Shown in pieces: positions 1 to 12,393 of a stretch of 64,000 bases of DNA. A model generated the notes under the pieces. It ran no database searches. It was not told where the DNA came from and worked only from the letters and a program-made list of their open reading frames with translations. The DNA lies in the NCBI GenBank assembly GCA_964234715.1, contig OZ174287.1; one strand, written 5' to 3'. The DNA comes from Podarcis melisellensis (Eukaryota). The first letter of the stretch is position 1. Each line of letters opens with the position of its first letter. A program made the position numbers and the translations under genes.

Positions 1-2418
1 AAACGTGGGCAGGCCCCGCCCCCAGCTACAGCCACTGTTGCCACTGACAGCCAGGCGGGCAAAGACGACAAGAACTACTTCCGGCGCTTGAAATATTTCA
101 TCGACCGCCGTTTCCCGTGCGGCGTGTGCCAGAAATCCTTCAAGCAGTCGTCCCACCTTGTGCAACACATGTTGGTACATACAGGCGAGCGGCCCTACGA
201 GTGCACCACCTGCGGCCGCACCTACAACCACATTTCTAGCCTCATTCGGCACCGCCGCTGCCACAAGGACACCGAGGATGCCACGGCGGCTGCCAACGCG
301 GCCGCTGCTAACGCAGCTGCGGCAGCAGCCGCCGCTGCGGCGGCTGCCGCGGCTGTTGCCACCAACGCAACTGCTGCTTCTGGTGCCGAGGGAGCAGCTC
401 AGCCTCCTACTCAGAGCGGCAACCCTCAGGTGGTTCCCGCATCCGCTGGGACGGCAGCCGCCTCCGCCCTCAGTGCTGCCATCGCTCAGGCGGAAGGCCC
501 GTTCACCTGCTCTCTCTGCTGGAAGGTGTTCAAGAAACCAAGCCACCTGCACCAGCACCAAATCATCCACACGGGCGAGAAGCCGTTCTCATGCTCCGTC
601 TGCCAGAAGAGCTTCAACCGACGCGAGAGCCTAAAGCGGCATGTGCGGACCCACTCGGATCTCCTGCGAGTGCAGTGTGGGGTTTGCGGCAAGGAGTTCC
701 GGGACGCTTCCTACCTTCTGAAGCACCAGGCTACCCACGCGCCACCCGGAACCTTGCCGCCACGCCCCGAGTACAAGTGTGACATCTGTGGCAAGGGCTA
801 CGTGGCTCCCCAGAACCTCCTGCGCCATCGGCAGCTGCAGCACGAGGGAGCCCAGCTGCCCAAGGACGGCACCAACGCCCTGTCCTACCTGCCGCCGGGA
901 GCTTATCTCCTCCCACAAGACCCGCAGGCTACCGGTTCTGACGGCGACACCAAGCCCGCATCCTACGGGCTCTTGGGTCACCCGCTGCTGGTGGGGACGG
1001 CAGCAGGCAAGAACTTTTGCTGCGGGATCTGCGGCCGCGGCTTTGGGCGCCGGGAGACGTTGAAGCGCCACGAAAGGATCCACACCGGGGAGAAGCCTCA
1101 CCAGTGCGCTGTGTGCGGGAAGCGCTTCCGCGAGTCGTTCCACCTCAGCAAACACCACGTGGTGCACACGCGGGAGAGGCCCTACAAGTGCGAGATCTGC
1201 GGGAAGGTGTTTGGCTACCCGCAGAGCTTGACCCGCCACAAGCAGATCCACCGGCTGCAGCTGCCTTGCTCTTTGCCACCCATGGGGCCCTCGCTGGCAC
1301 CCATGGGTCCTTCGCTGCCGCCGCCTCCCGAAGGGCTGACCTACGGCTGCTCTGACTGTGGAGAGCGCTTCCCCGATCTCTTCCACGTCATGAGCCACAA
1401 GGAAGTTCACGTGGCTGAGAAGCCGTACCCATGCGACGTCTGCGGCAAGTGCTTTGGCTTCATTGAGAATCTCATGTGGCACAAGCTGGTCCACCAGGCT
1501 GCCCCCGAGCGGCTCCTGCCACCGGACGAGACGGCCGCGGCGGTGGCGCCTCTGGAGAACGGGCTGGCCAGTGGCGACAACATGACGTCTTTCGAAGACC
1601 ACCACCCCACCTTGCCCAGCGGGGAGCGCTTTTCCTGCTCCATCTGCGGCCAGACCTTCAAGCATTTCCTGGGCCTTGTGACCCACAAGTACGTTCACCT
1701 GGTGCGGCGCACGCTGGCCTGTTCAGTCTGCGGGCAGAGCTTCGCGGGGGCCTATGACCTGCTGCTGCACCGCCGCACCCACCTGCAGAAGCGGCACTTC
1801 TCCTGCCCGGTGTGCGGCAAGCGGTTCTGGGAGGCCGCCCTCCTGATGCGCCACCAGCGCTGCCACACCGAGGAGCGCCCTTACCGCTGCGCGGTCTGCG
1901 GGCGCGGCTTCCTGCGCTCCTGGTACCTGCGCCAGCACAAAGTGGTGCACACTGGCGAGCGGGCCTACAAGTGCGCTCTCTGCAACAAGCGCTTTGCCCA
2001 GTCGTCCAGCCTGGCCGAGCACCAGCGCCTCCACGTGGTGGCTCGGCCCCAGCGCTGCCCCACCTGCGGCAAGACCTTCCGCTACCGCAGCAACCTTCTG
2101 GAGCACCAGCGGGTGCACCTGGGCGAGAAGGTCTACCGCTGCGACCGCTGCTCCAAGAGCTTCTTCTACCTGTCCTCCATCCTGCGCCACCAGCGCTCCC
2201 ACGATGCCAAGCGCGAGCTGCGATGCGGGGCCTGCCTCAAGCTCTTCAAAGACCCCAAGTACTTCAGCAAACACGTCCAGGCCCACCAGGGAGGGCGGCC
2301 GTTCAAGTGCAGCACCTGTGGAGAAGCCTTCTCCAACACCTATGGCCTCAAGAAACACCGGCACATCCACAAGATGGAGCGCTTTGCCGCCATGGGAGGC
2401 CACAAGGAGCAAGCCTAG
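1..2418 (+). CDS. ZNF865: Zinc finger protein 865, 5'-truncated by the window; 20 C2H2 fingers
   Basis: Frame is open from base 1 (KRGQAPPP...KDDKNYFRRLKYFIDRRFPCGVCQKSFKQSSHLVQH), so TTG at 88 is not the start. I count 20 C2H2 motifs. Finger sequences (WKVFKKPSHLHQH, RGFLRSWYLRQH, NTYGLKKH) match ZNF865 as I recall it. Stop TAG at 2416-2418. Confidence 0.93.
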   Translation, partial: KRGQAPPPATATVATDSQAGKDDKNYFRRLKYFIDRRFPCGVCQKSFKQSSHLVQHMLVHTGERPYECTTCGRTYNHISSLIRHRRCHKDTEDATAAANAAAANAAAAAAAAAAAAAAVATNATAASGAEGAAQPPTQSGNPQVVPASAGTAAASALSAAIAQAEGPFTCSLCWKVFKKPSHLHQHQIIHTGEKPFSCSVCQKSFNRRESLKRHVRTHSDLLRVQCGVCGKEFRDASYLLKHQATHAPPGTLPPRPEYKCDICGKGYVAPQNLLRHRQLQHEGAQLPKDGTNALSYLPPGAYLLPQDPQATGSDGDTKPASYGLLGHPLLVGTAAGKNFCCGICGRGFGRRETLKRHERIHTGEKPHQCAVCGKRFRESFHLSKHHVVHTRERPYKCEICGKVFGYPQSLTRHKQIHRLQLPCSLPPMGPSLAPMGPSLPPPPEGLTYGCSDCGERFPDLFHVMSHKEVHVAEKPYPCDVCGKCFGFIENLMWHKLVHQAAPERLLPPDETAAAVAPLENGLASGDNMTSFEDHHPTLPSGERFSCSICGQTFKHFLGLVTHKYVHLVRRTLACSVCGQSFAGAYDLLLHRRTHLQKRHFSCPVCGKRFWEAALLMRHQRCHTEERPYRCAVCGRGFLRSWYLRQHKVVHTGERAYKCALCNKRFAQSSSLAEHQRLHVVARPQRCPTCGKTFRYRSNLLEHQRVHLGEKVYRCDRCSKSFFYLSSILRHQRSHDAKRELRCGACLKLFKDPKYFSKHVQAHQGGRPFKCSTCGEAFSNTYGLKKHRHIHKMERFAAMGGHKEQA
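280..378 (+). repeat. Poly-alanine coding tract in ZNF865
   Basis: ATAAANAAAANA14VATNATAA; 14 uninterrupted GCN codons at 313-354 with mixed codons. Confidence 0.9.
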
Positions 2419-5400
2419 CGCTGGGGGCAGGGGAAGAAAATCTGGGCGGTCCTTTATCCTGGTACTTGAGGGTGGGAAGAGGAGGCTAGTTCCTGTCTCT
2501 TGCAAGCCACAAGGGCAGGCGTTTCCCTGTTGTGAAATGGCAGTAAGATGCTATGTTTGGGGAAGGATATGGGAGAGTCCTCAAGTCACAATTGCATGGG
2601 GCAATCCACGGAGAACCAGGGATGCAACACAGGATTGGCTTACGTAGGTATCCTCCCTGGACCTTGGTTTCCCCCAAACAAATAGCTGTTGCCCTGTCCA
2701 TCCTGGATTCCCTAGTCTAAAGTGATAGGAGAGGATGGCTGTCATAGAAATTACCTTTCTTACCAAGAACGGATGGACATTTATTACCTTTTCCAGGAAG
2801 TGGGAGCAGAGGAATGATGTTCTTGTGGAATAATAAGCCTAGATACTGAAAGAGAGAAGAAGCCATCTAGGTTCCCATTTGCAGGAAGAGATAGCTCTTC
2901 CTTTCCTCCATTTAAGTGTTAGAGCCAATTCATAAATTTCAGTAGAGGGCAGGACATGGTACAGTCCTTCAGGAGCACTTGCCAAATTTTACTGTGAACC
3001 CAGCCACCTGATCATGCCATGTAGGTCTTGCTTCCTTTCTGGAGGAAAGACGTTGATTTGGGTGCTTCCTTTACCTCTGACAATGGGCTGCTTTTCCTCT
3101 TTCAAATACCTTAGTTGCCCATGGGACCTGGTTGCTGAAAGAAGATAGTGTCCCCACCACCACTACCATTTACCTGTGTAGGAAATTAGAGGAGCTTGCT
3201 TGAACTTTGCATATCGTACAATATGATCTAGATGCTGCCACACCATAAAATATCTACCTGTCTTCCCACCTCCAGGACAGTTACCACTTCATGATGCAGC
3301 TGGAGGATCATAAACCTGAATGCTCCCTCACTTTAAAAACAAAACACTCATAGGAAACAAGCAAGTCTGTAGGAAGGGTTCTAGCCTAGCCTTCTCCCTG
3401 ATACCTTCCACATGCAGGGAATACAGTATTGAATATGAAAGAGCATTCAAATACTGTAGGTCATTTCCCCCCTTATGTATCTTGAAGTGGTGTAGGCCCA
3501 GAAAGACTGTACCATGTGGTCTTTTCCCGAATGTTCAAATTGACACACCAGTTAGCTAGTGTGTGTTGCCTTCTTCCTCCTGCCAGAACCTCATATGGTT
3601 GTGGTTGTGTATGAAGCTGAGAGAGAGGAAAGCAAACGTACCTGGTGGCTCTGCATCCCACAGTGAGAGATGTTGCTTTGGTTTGCACAGCACATCCAGT
3701 GCTTCACCCCCAGTTCTTTCACTCCCACAAGCCCACCCTGTTCTTGGCAACACTTTTGGCGCCCTCACATCAGATAAATGGCAGACTTAACTAGTTTCTG
3801 GCTGGAGTACCCCACGGGGACTTTTTCATCCTCACTCTTAAATCATGGACCTTCTTTCCCCCCACCCAAACAGGAGTATTGGTCAGGTATGGTCAAAAAG
3901 ATTCTTCCAAACTCTCTAGCTCCCTGGCGTGGCTCCCCAGCTCCCTCTCTGGGCGCCACTCATCACCTTCTGGTTCTGAACAGGCAGAAGAGGAAGCTGA
4001 CTTACTACATGCAACCAAAGAGTTCTAAGAGCACGCCCCCTTGTGGACGGTGGACACCAGGTGGTTCGCCTCTCCCTCTCCCTCGTGATCCAAGTTGACC
4101 TTCTGCATCTAATAAGACAGTTGTGACGGGGAAACGTTATCGCTTTTCCATGTTGGAGCATGAAGACTTTCTTTCAGGTGGCAATACCAAAGGTGCCTCC
4201 TTGCCATTTCTGGTCTACATCCCTGCATCTGCATCCATAGTTCCTACTTTGGTGAGATGGACAGTCCAAGGATAGGAGGACCCGAAGATGCTTTTATTAT
4301 TCCAGTGTGGTTGCCCAGTGCCTGGAAGAAGAGGGAAAGGGGGATGTTGCCAAAGTTGCAGAGTTGCCTGGGGATAGAGAATTGTGATAGAAATGGACTC
4401 GGCTGGGGGGTGGGGGTGTTCCTTAAAGGAAACCTCGCGTAATTTGGTGACCCAGTGTCCTATTTGACGAAGAGTGTGAAGAACAGAAAGGAGATGGGAA
4501 GAGGGTTCAGCCTGTTATTTTCCAGCCTCGGTTCCACATTTCCTATGTTGGGTCAACTCCAGGGGGAAACTCTTTGTCCATGTTGAGTCAGGCCCAGTTA
4601 TCTTAATGTCTCTGACAGACTGAAATACTACTGACTAATGTCCTGCCTCCATAAGTGGCTGATACTGGATGTTCTCTTTCTTGTTTTATCTTTATACTAA
4701 AGTTTTAAGGCCTGAACTTGTAGCTGAAATTCAGTGGATTCTCCCCATGGTGGTGGATATAACTCTCCCTGCCTTACATGGAAACTTTCCATATAGAATT
4801 TTCCCTCCCTGACTTTGTAATTTGCCAATAGAGCTGAGTTTAATAGTAGATTCTCTTCCCTCCTTATGAATACAAGTGTATCTTGTTTATACCATACCTG
4901 CTTCGTAGGAAGAGCTGCTTCTGCGTTGAGTTGAGCATGGTTTCCACGGAAACCCCACGGAAAGACGTGGTAACCCCAAAACTCATGACCTGTTCTCACA
5001 CTAAAGGCTGTTGTTTATACCATCTACTTTATTACCCAGGAATAACAAGCGAGTTCACAACAACTAATCTTGTAGATGATTTGTCTGTCAAATTGTTTTA
5101 AGTGTAGGTTCCCAAATGGACGATGGAGCATGACAGGGTGAAACAAGTCTTATGCATTCCCAGGTGACCTAAGGCAAAAATACTATGTTTCGAAACCACA
5201 ACATAACATTGTCTCACACACAACAGGATTTCCAATGGATTTTTCCCCCCTCCAGAATAATTTACAGGCCTAAAATATAGAAGACAAATTTCCATACAGC
5301 TATGGAATTCCTGTTTCAGTCACAAAATTTATGCTAATATATTCAGCCAGGCCTTGCCTATGAGAACGGTGTTCTGTTTCCTACAGTTGACAAAATGTAG

Positions 5401-7811
5401 TCTCGACTTTCATCCCAAGTTTTTAAAAGTTCTTTAAAAAAAAAAGAAAAAAAGGTTTTAACGTTTTCTGACCTTAGAAGAGCAGTTACTCCATCTTAAC
5501 ACCCCTTAATCACCTCCTGTATTCACAATGATTAGAAAGTAGCAAGAGAGAGTTCGCCTCCCCACTCACCCTTTTAATTTTTTTATTTACAGGTGAAGAG
5601 AGGGAGCTGAGGGCAAAATGGCTATCTTTGCTTCCAGCCAAAATTCTAATGCCAGAGAGCAGAGAACTCTGCTCATCTGCCTGCTGTCACTTGTAAGATC
5701 AGGTTTGCTTAAGAAATGAAGCTTGTGCCCACTCTTCATTCTAGGAGTGGTTTGATTTTTCCAAGTATGTTTCCCTGTTCTCCGTTGTAGTTTGGTTTGG
5801 ATAGTTGGTGCGATGTGAAATTGCAATGCCTCACTCTCATGTGAAAGATGCTATTTAAAAAAGAGCTTGAACAGCACTTCTAATTTTCCTCTATAAGAGG
5901 TCATGGGATTAGAGAGTAAGAGGTGGCATTCTTTGGCTTGAATTCTGTGGGAAAGTTCTGTAGGGACTAAGGTCAAAGACAGGTGTTCCAGGTTTTAATT
6001 CTGGCTGGGCAGTGGGATCCTTTTGAAGACCCAGTTGGAGTGTGCGATCAAGACTTGCCAACTAACCTTCCCACTTCACTGCTCTGCCTTTTACATAAAT
6101 ATACCTGGATGGATTCTTAGCTCTGAAGTGTGTGCATCACTAGGATGCTGGCTGTCCTACAGATTCTCATCACCCCTGATGCCTTGCCTGCTGTGAACGG
6201 GAATTGGGAAGATCCTCCTGTCTTTTCCAAGCATCAGACCTGACGTTTTAAGATGCCGCAAGACACACAATCATCTGAACTTCCATCAGCCCTCCAGTTC
6301 ATTGGGGAACATGGATTCTCTGGTTCTGACAGCGGGCGATGTTTTCCCATGCTCCCCACTCATCCCAAACTGGGAGATGGACATTTTTGAGACGGACTCA
6401 AACATTCCCAGACCAGTGACTGTTGCGATCTCTGAAGAGAGTCCTGCCGCAGATAGGATCCAACCCATTGCAATCATGTTAGCAAGATGACTTTTTATAT
6501 TAATACAGATCTATAAATACATACGTTTATATATAAATACTTCTTTTTCTAACTACCCCTTTCTCCCATTGGCCATAGGAAGTGCAGTACTTTTGGTGCC
6601 AAGATTCAAGTCCCTTATGATAACGTGTACTAAAATATAATATGTATAGGACCCCCTCATTGTCCATGCAGCTGATGGGCCTGGACCGATATAACCTGTC
6701 CCGTCCTCCTTGGTGGTGCCCCTTTGGGAACTGTACAGCGTGTGTTTTTCTCAGTCGGGGTTAGGGGAATGGGAGCGTGTGTTTGTGTTTTAAACCAAGC
6801 TATTGTTTTAAAGGTGTCTGATTTACGATGTACAGACTAAACAAACATTAAAAAAATAAGAATTGGAAAGCGTATGTCCCATGCATTGAGAGGGCTCCAG
6901 ATTTGCTTGTTTTGCTAACTGTTGGTGTGGAGGGAGCTTCACTTTAAGAATCCAAATAGCTAGACCACTGAAGTGTTGGAACCATGTAAAGGGCAGAAGA
7001 ACATGAGGGCTTGTAGATCCCAAACAACTGCAGCAAAAAAAGGAGATGGATACCCACAGTGGCTAGTATCAGGTTATCAGAGCTTGAAACTTTGATGCGA
7101 GCTGGGCTGTGGGAAGAGCAGAATCCTATACCCAGCCGCAGGAGAAAGATCAAGGTGGGTTTGCCAGAAATCTTGCACAGTCTTCTACTAGAAAGGGTTT
7201 TCTGCCGTCCTGGGGTCCCACCTTCCTCCTTTAGCCAATCAGGGCAGTGGGTAGGGCTTTCTTACTCTTAAGTGAGGTGCCTCGGCTACATGAGCCACAG
7301 CTCTCCAACAAGTTGGTATGAATAAGTAGGCAAGGCTTGGTGGAATCTCACTGACATTTAAAAAGAATGTTGAGGTCATCCCTAGAAATCAAACATTCGG
7401 AAGCAAACTGTTGAGTACCAGCATTTCCAACTCTCTTCTCTGCCAGTTTCGTATAGGCTACTGGAGATGGAGAAGGCTCGGATGATCCTTGGAAGCAAAC
7501 TTGCTGGCAATTTCAACATTGCAGTTTTACACACATTCAAGTGTTGCTGTTGAAATTGATTTTTTTGTTAAGTCCTAAGGCATTAACAAGACAAGTATCG
7601 GCATACCAAGTAGGGTGCTTTTCTCTCCCTTTTTGCATTTCAGGAACAGAGCATTCCAGTGGTATCTAGAAGCTGGGTGAATTTAAATCAGAACGTTAAA
7701 CTTTGCAAGCAAATAAAGCGAGGAAGAATTGTTTTTGAGAAACCTTTCCTCCTTCCTTAACTTTACAGGGGAACTGCTTAATGCCAGATCAAGGTGTTTG
7801 TTCATGTAGCC

Positions 7812-7975
7812 CAGGGCGGCCCAACTTTTCAAACCAAGTAGGCCGCAGGAGTACTTAGACAGGGAACCCATGGACCACAAACTTTGAGAAGGCAGCGCAA
7901 GACCCAGTGGGGAGGGACATATGTTGCTGAGGGTCACCAAAAAAGAGATTGTGGGTTGTGCATTGGACCACCCTG
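7812..7975. mobile_element. Non-autonomous hAT-type MITE
   Basis: TIRs CAGGGCGGCCCAA / TTGGACCACCCTG; perfect 8-bp TSD ATGTAGCC at 7804-7811 and 7976-7983. Confidence 0.85.
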
Positions 7976-10163
7976 ATGTAGCCTGTGTTGTCTCCTTTGG
8001 CTAGCAGCAGTTTTCCAGAACCCTCAGGCGAAAAAACTTTCCTCACTTGCTATCCAATCCTTTCACACTAAGATGTCAGTAACTGAACCTGGGACCTCTG
8101 TGCAAAGTCTCTGCTCTACCACTTGAGCTAGGTTCAATTTTGGCTCATCCCTACGAGGATGGGCAAGTTGGAGAAGCTGGAGAGCATCTGGCCCAGAAGA
8201 CTGTGTTTGGTTTTTGCTTTTCCTATTATGTATGTGGGAGGGTCCTGGATTAACACCAGGTAAATCTACATGATCTTGTGTGACAGACATTTCTGTGATG
8301 CTCCATTTTGAAGGAGATACTTAAAATATATCTGCTATCACAAATGGAGCCTAAGCACTATGAAAAACATTGAAAATTTAAACTGCAGGCAAGTAATACT
8401 TCCAACATGGAATTTTTTTTCTCTTGTGAAATTGGTACAATGCACCCAGCTCAGACAATGAAGCAAAAGTGCTGCATACAGGAAATGGCTGTTAAAACCC
8501 ACCCCTGGGAGGAGACCACGTAAACGTCAAATGTTTATACTGCAAGATCTGCCATGAGAAATGCAGAACTGAGAATGCCTAGCCTCAGGGAAAAGCTAGA
8601 AAACAAAAGAATTCATAAAGTGTTTGATGTGCAATAGAGGTCTAAACTGATGATAATATTTGGAATGGATATTTAAGCTATCTGTTTAGTGGAACTATCT
8701 GTTTAGTGGAACTATCTCAGCAAGTAGCCTGAGAGGTTGGTTCAACAATTTTTTCTACCTAAATTTTTCCATTGGGGTTATATGCAAATTCAACTATGTT
8801 TAACAAAATGTCAAGAATAATTTGGTTTAAAACGTGGCTACAACAACTTTTCAGAAGATTTTATTTCTACCTTTGGATTTCTGCTTACAACTTTTACAAG
8901 ACTGGGGGACCTTTCTTCTAAAGACCTTTTCCCCAACTTCTTGTAACATGAACAAATCTTGATTTTCATCTTCTTTATTTACTTATAGCTTTTTTCAAAT
9001 GCATTTTAAAAAATCATTTCAGATTTGCTCTCCTGAGGGTAAAAACACACATTATAAATTGTGGGTTATGATCGCTATGAGCAGGACCATGCATCTGCTT
9101 TTTTAAAAAAAGCAACAACAACCCAATACTGCATCAGTATACCTAGTGTTGGTATCTATTAGTACAATCCTATGTCTACTCAGAAGTAAGTCTAATGAGT
9201 TCATTGGGCTTTCTTCCAAGAAAACGGATATAGGATTACAGCCCAAACCATCTGCACTCTAGCAATTGTGTACAGTTACACAAATGAAGTAAATGATAAC
9301 TTGCTTATTTCGTATAATACCATTTTTCTTCTGCTAGCAGTGGGAAGGGGCAGACACCTGTTCAAGGCACAGGTTTCTAGAAGTGCTCAGCTACTCCTTG
9401 CCCCAATTTCAGAAATGTTACCGACCGTTAGCCATGCACTTTAGGCCTCTCTCTTCATTAGTTTGGTTCAGATGTAATGCCCAAACCAAGAAAAGTAGTA
9501 AGATTTGGTTCACGGGTAATTGCAAACAAACAAACAAAAAGAGCTGCAAGATCCTAGCCCTCAAGCCTATGGCTACATTTAGATGGAATGCCAAACCACA
9601 CTTTACATAATCAAGCCTTTAGACTTATTAATACATCATTGTTGTACCTCACCCTTCCAACAGGAGCACAGGATGGCCTAAAGCTACAAATAAAACAAAT
9701 ATTGCTGGCGGCAGCAACAGCAGCACACTACCTTGAGAATTGCAAAACTCAAGTGTGACCCCAAAGCCTGGGTAAATAAGAGTGTTTTCAATTTATGTTA
9801 AAAGATTTCTCCTGTCGGGACCAAACAAATATCCCATGGGGGAGAGTTCCACATAGAGTGTTGCTGCATAAAATACCCTTTCCTGAGTAACTGCAGTACT
9901 GACTGCTCCCTCCCTGCCCCCTTGCTCCAATTTCCTCCTGTACTTTGTTAACTTCGATTAAATCAACCATATTTTACTTGCAAGCCAGAATTAGAAACCA
10001 TGGTTTGATTATAATCTCTAGGTCTAGTTTGCAGAAAATCTCTTATTTGCAAAGAACCAGAAAGAACAAGAAGAGGGGGTAAGTAACCCACACCCAAGGC
10101 TTGCTCATGAAATGTAGAACCATCGTTTGACATTCTATCCAAAACACACCTGTGGGTCTAGAA

Positions 10164-10293
10164 CAGGCTTCCTCAACCTCAGCCCTCCAGATGTTTTGAG
10201 ACTACAACTCCCATCATCCCTGACCACTGGGCCTGCTAGCTAAGGATCATGGGAGTTGTAGGCCAAAAACATCTGGAGGGCTGAGGCAGCCTG
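10164..10293. mobile_element. Palindromic hAT-Charlie-type MITE (family 1)
   Basis: Arms CCCTCCAGATGTTTT..ACTACAACTCCCAT / ATGGGAGTTGTAG..AAAACATCTGGAGGG; near-TSD GTCTAGAA/GGCTAGAA; related copies at 43658 and 49775. Confidence 0.85.
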
Positions 10294-10425
10294 GGCTAGA
10301 AGCTTGCTGTTTTCTACAAAGTTAAAAATGAGATTCTCAAAGACGCTGAAATCAGCATCTACTGTTGCAACGGTGCAGAAGGACGCGAAGCTCTGCCATC
10401 TCCCCATGGAGAACTTCCTCAAGAG

Positions 10426-12393
10426 TCACTGTGACTTGGCACTCCATTGGTCTTTCGCCACCCCTTTACCACCAGGCCCAGCACCCTCCTGTCCATGAAG
10501 CCGGCGGTGCTTGGCAAAATTGGAAGAGTTATTGAAGCGCCGGCAGCACACGACACATTCAAAGGGCTTCTCCCCAGTGTGCAGTCTCCGGTGAGTGGCC
10601 AGGGCTGAGCTCTGCGTGAACCTCTTGCCACAGACAGAACACCCAAAGGGCCGTTCGCCCGTGTGCACCCGCAGGTGCTCCTTCAGATCTGTGGCACGAC
10701 GGAACTGCTTGGGGCATGCAAAGCAGAGGAAAGGCTTGGAATCGAATGCTGACTGAGAGGGCTGATCATAAGGCTCGGGATCTTGGAAAGGAAAGCAAGG
10801 TGCAGAGCCCCCTTCTTCCCAGTGCTGAGCGGTGCTTCTAAACTCCTCTTGTAAGGAGCCATGACCAGGAGATGTGGAAATATCGTAAGGCAGAGAACAT
10901 GGCTCAGGGCTCTCCAGTTCCCAGGGAGATACACCAGCAGGCATGTTTAAGGGAGAGCATCCTTCAAATTCCCCCCTTTCGTTTCTTGTCTCCAGATCGG
11001 TCTCTTCCCAATCAGGACAGGACCAGACAGACACTTTTGCTGTGAAAGCATTAATCTTCCCCGGGGCACACGCTTGAAATGCCACCTCTTTCTGCTTGTT
11101 GCTGCTGCCATCTTGCCTCAGCAATCTGAAGTGGCCAGCACCATTTTGTCTGAGGTCATGGGCAGCGATTCCATGGTGGCCATTTTGTCTTGGCGCTGAG
11201 GTGCTGAGGCGCCTGCTTGGATTCAGTGCGCTGACAGGGCATTCCCCTCTGACATTCTGCTTTATGTGGGCACCAATGCTCTCCCCACTACTATGCTTTG
11301 GGCCCTTGAGGTAGTCTTCATTTGTTCTCCTTACTAAACAGCCCACAACTCCACTCTCTTGACTCAGCTTGTGGCTACCAGCTTCCAAAAGGCCGTCGTC
11401 TAACAGTAGCTTGCTATTGTGGCTGCCGACATGATGCTTCTGTTCTCCCTGAGTGTGGCTTCCCTCTGCTCTATTTTGCCTCAGGCCTATCGTGGGATTT
11501 TCACCACCAACGTATTTTTGGCGTCTGAAACTGTGGCCATTTTGCATCGGTCCCTGGCCGGTGCCACCATTTCCCCCCAGTCCACCTTTGCTATCACTTG
11601 CCTGCCTTAGACCCTTAGAATGGCTACTTTGCCTCAGTTCACGGTTAGGGCCACAACTAGCATTATCTCCCCTTAGTCTAATTTGCTTGAAATGGTCCAC
11701 ATCATCACCAGGTTGCCTCAGGCTGCTATCCTGGCTAAAGCCATTCACATAAGGGCTGTTTGGGTCATAGCCTCTCTTGTTCTCGCCTTCCCTCAGTTCT
11801 TTGACAACCTGGCAGCCATTTTGTCTGGGCGGCAGGCCGGGGCTTATACTGTAGCCACCTTGTCTTTCTGCCAGCTGGCTCAACTTCTTCTCAGGTAGGA
11901 AGGCACAGTCCTTCCCGTCGCCTGCCTTGTCGCTGTAGCCAAACGGTTGCCCGTGGATGCGCTGGTGCTTGCGGAAGTTGGAGCCGTTGTTGAACGACTT
12001 AAAGCAGACACCGCAGCGGAAGGGCCGCTCGCCAGTATGAATACGCATGTGGCCAGAGAGCACTGAGCTCTGAGTAAAACGCTTGCCACAGATGCCACAG
12101 CCATACGGCCTTTCACCTGTATGTACCCGCTCATGGTCGCGTCGGTCTGAGGCCCTCTTGAAGCGCTTGGGGCAGAAGGAGCAGCTGTAAGGCCTCTCGG
12201 CAAGGAAGGACAGGGCCTCTTGGTTGCCAGGCAACCATCCCCGGGACTCGACCAAGAGGCTTTTGCAGCCCTGGCATTGTGGAGCCTGCCCTTTGGGCCC
12301 AGCAAGACTCGGCAGCTCCTCCTGGCACAGCGGGCAGACGGGGGGCAATCCTGGAGTTGCCTCTTCTTTCACTCTAACCAGCTGGATTTCCAT
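10426..12393 (-). CDS. ZNF784: ZNF784-like zinc finger protein, 655 aa from the first ATG after an in-frame stop; two three-finger clusters
   Basis: MEIQLVRV resembles human ZNF784 IEIQVVKV. Fingers [12 protein letters not shown] / TQSSVLSGH / NNGSNFRKH resemble ZNF784 fingers 4-6. Position and strand are syntenic. Splice acceptor tttccag at 12440/12439. Confidence 0.8.
   Translation of the reverse strand: MEIQLVRVKEEATPGLPPVCPLCQEELPSLAGPKGQAPQCQGCKSLLVESRGWLPGNQEALSFLAERPYSCSFCPKRFKRASDRRDHERVHTGERPYGCGICGKRFTQSSVLSGHMRIHTGERPFRCGVCFKSFNNGSNFRKHQRIHGQPFGYSDKAGDGKDCAFLPEKKLSQLAERQGGYSISPGLPPRQNGCQVVKELREGENKRGYDPNSPYVNGFSQDSSLRQPGDDVDHFKQIRLRGDNASCGPNRELRQSSHSKGLRQASDSKGGLGGNGGTGQGPMQNGHSFRRQKYVGGENPTIGLRQNRAEGSHTQGEQKHHVGSHNSKLLLDDGLLEAGSHKLSQESGVVGCLVRRTNEDYLKGPKHSSGESIGAHIKQNVRGECPVSALNPSRRLSTSAPRQNGHHGIAAHDLRQNGAGHFRLLRQDGSSNKQKEVAFQACAPGKINAFTAKVSVWSCPDWEETDLETRNERGEFEGCSPLNMPAGVSPWELESPEPCSLPYDISTSPGHGSLQEEFRSTAQHWEEGGSAPCFPFQDPEPYDQPSQSAFDSKPFLCFACPKQFRRATDLKEHLRVHTGERPFGCSVCGKRFTQSSALATHRRLHTGEKPFECVVCCRRFNNSSNFAKHRRLHGQEGAGPGGKGVAKDQWSAKSQ

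Noticed and set aside
631-2647. Long antisense and alternate-frame ORFs over ZNF865 (355, 260, 225 and 217 aa)
   Set aside because: Shadows of a GC3-rich zinc finger CDS with no independent domain or splice signals.
8678-8717. 17-bp tandem duplication CTATCTGTTTAGTGGAA
   Set aside because: Simple local duplication in degraded repeat-like DNA.
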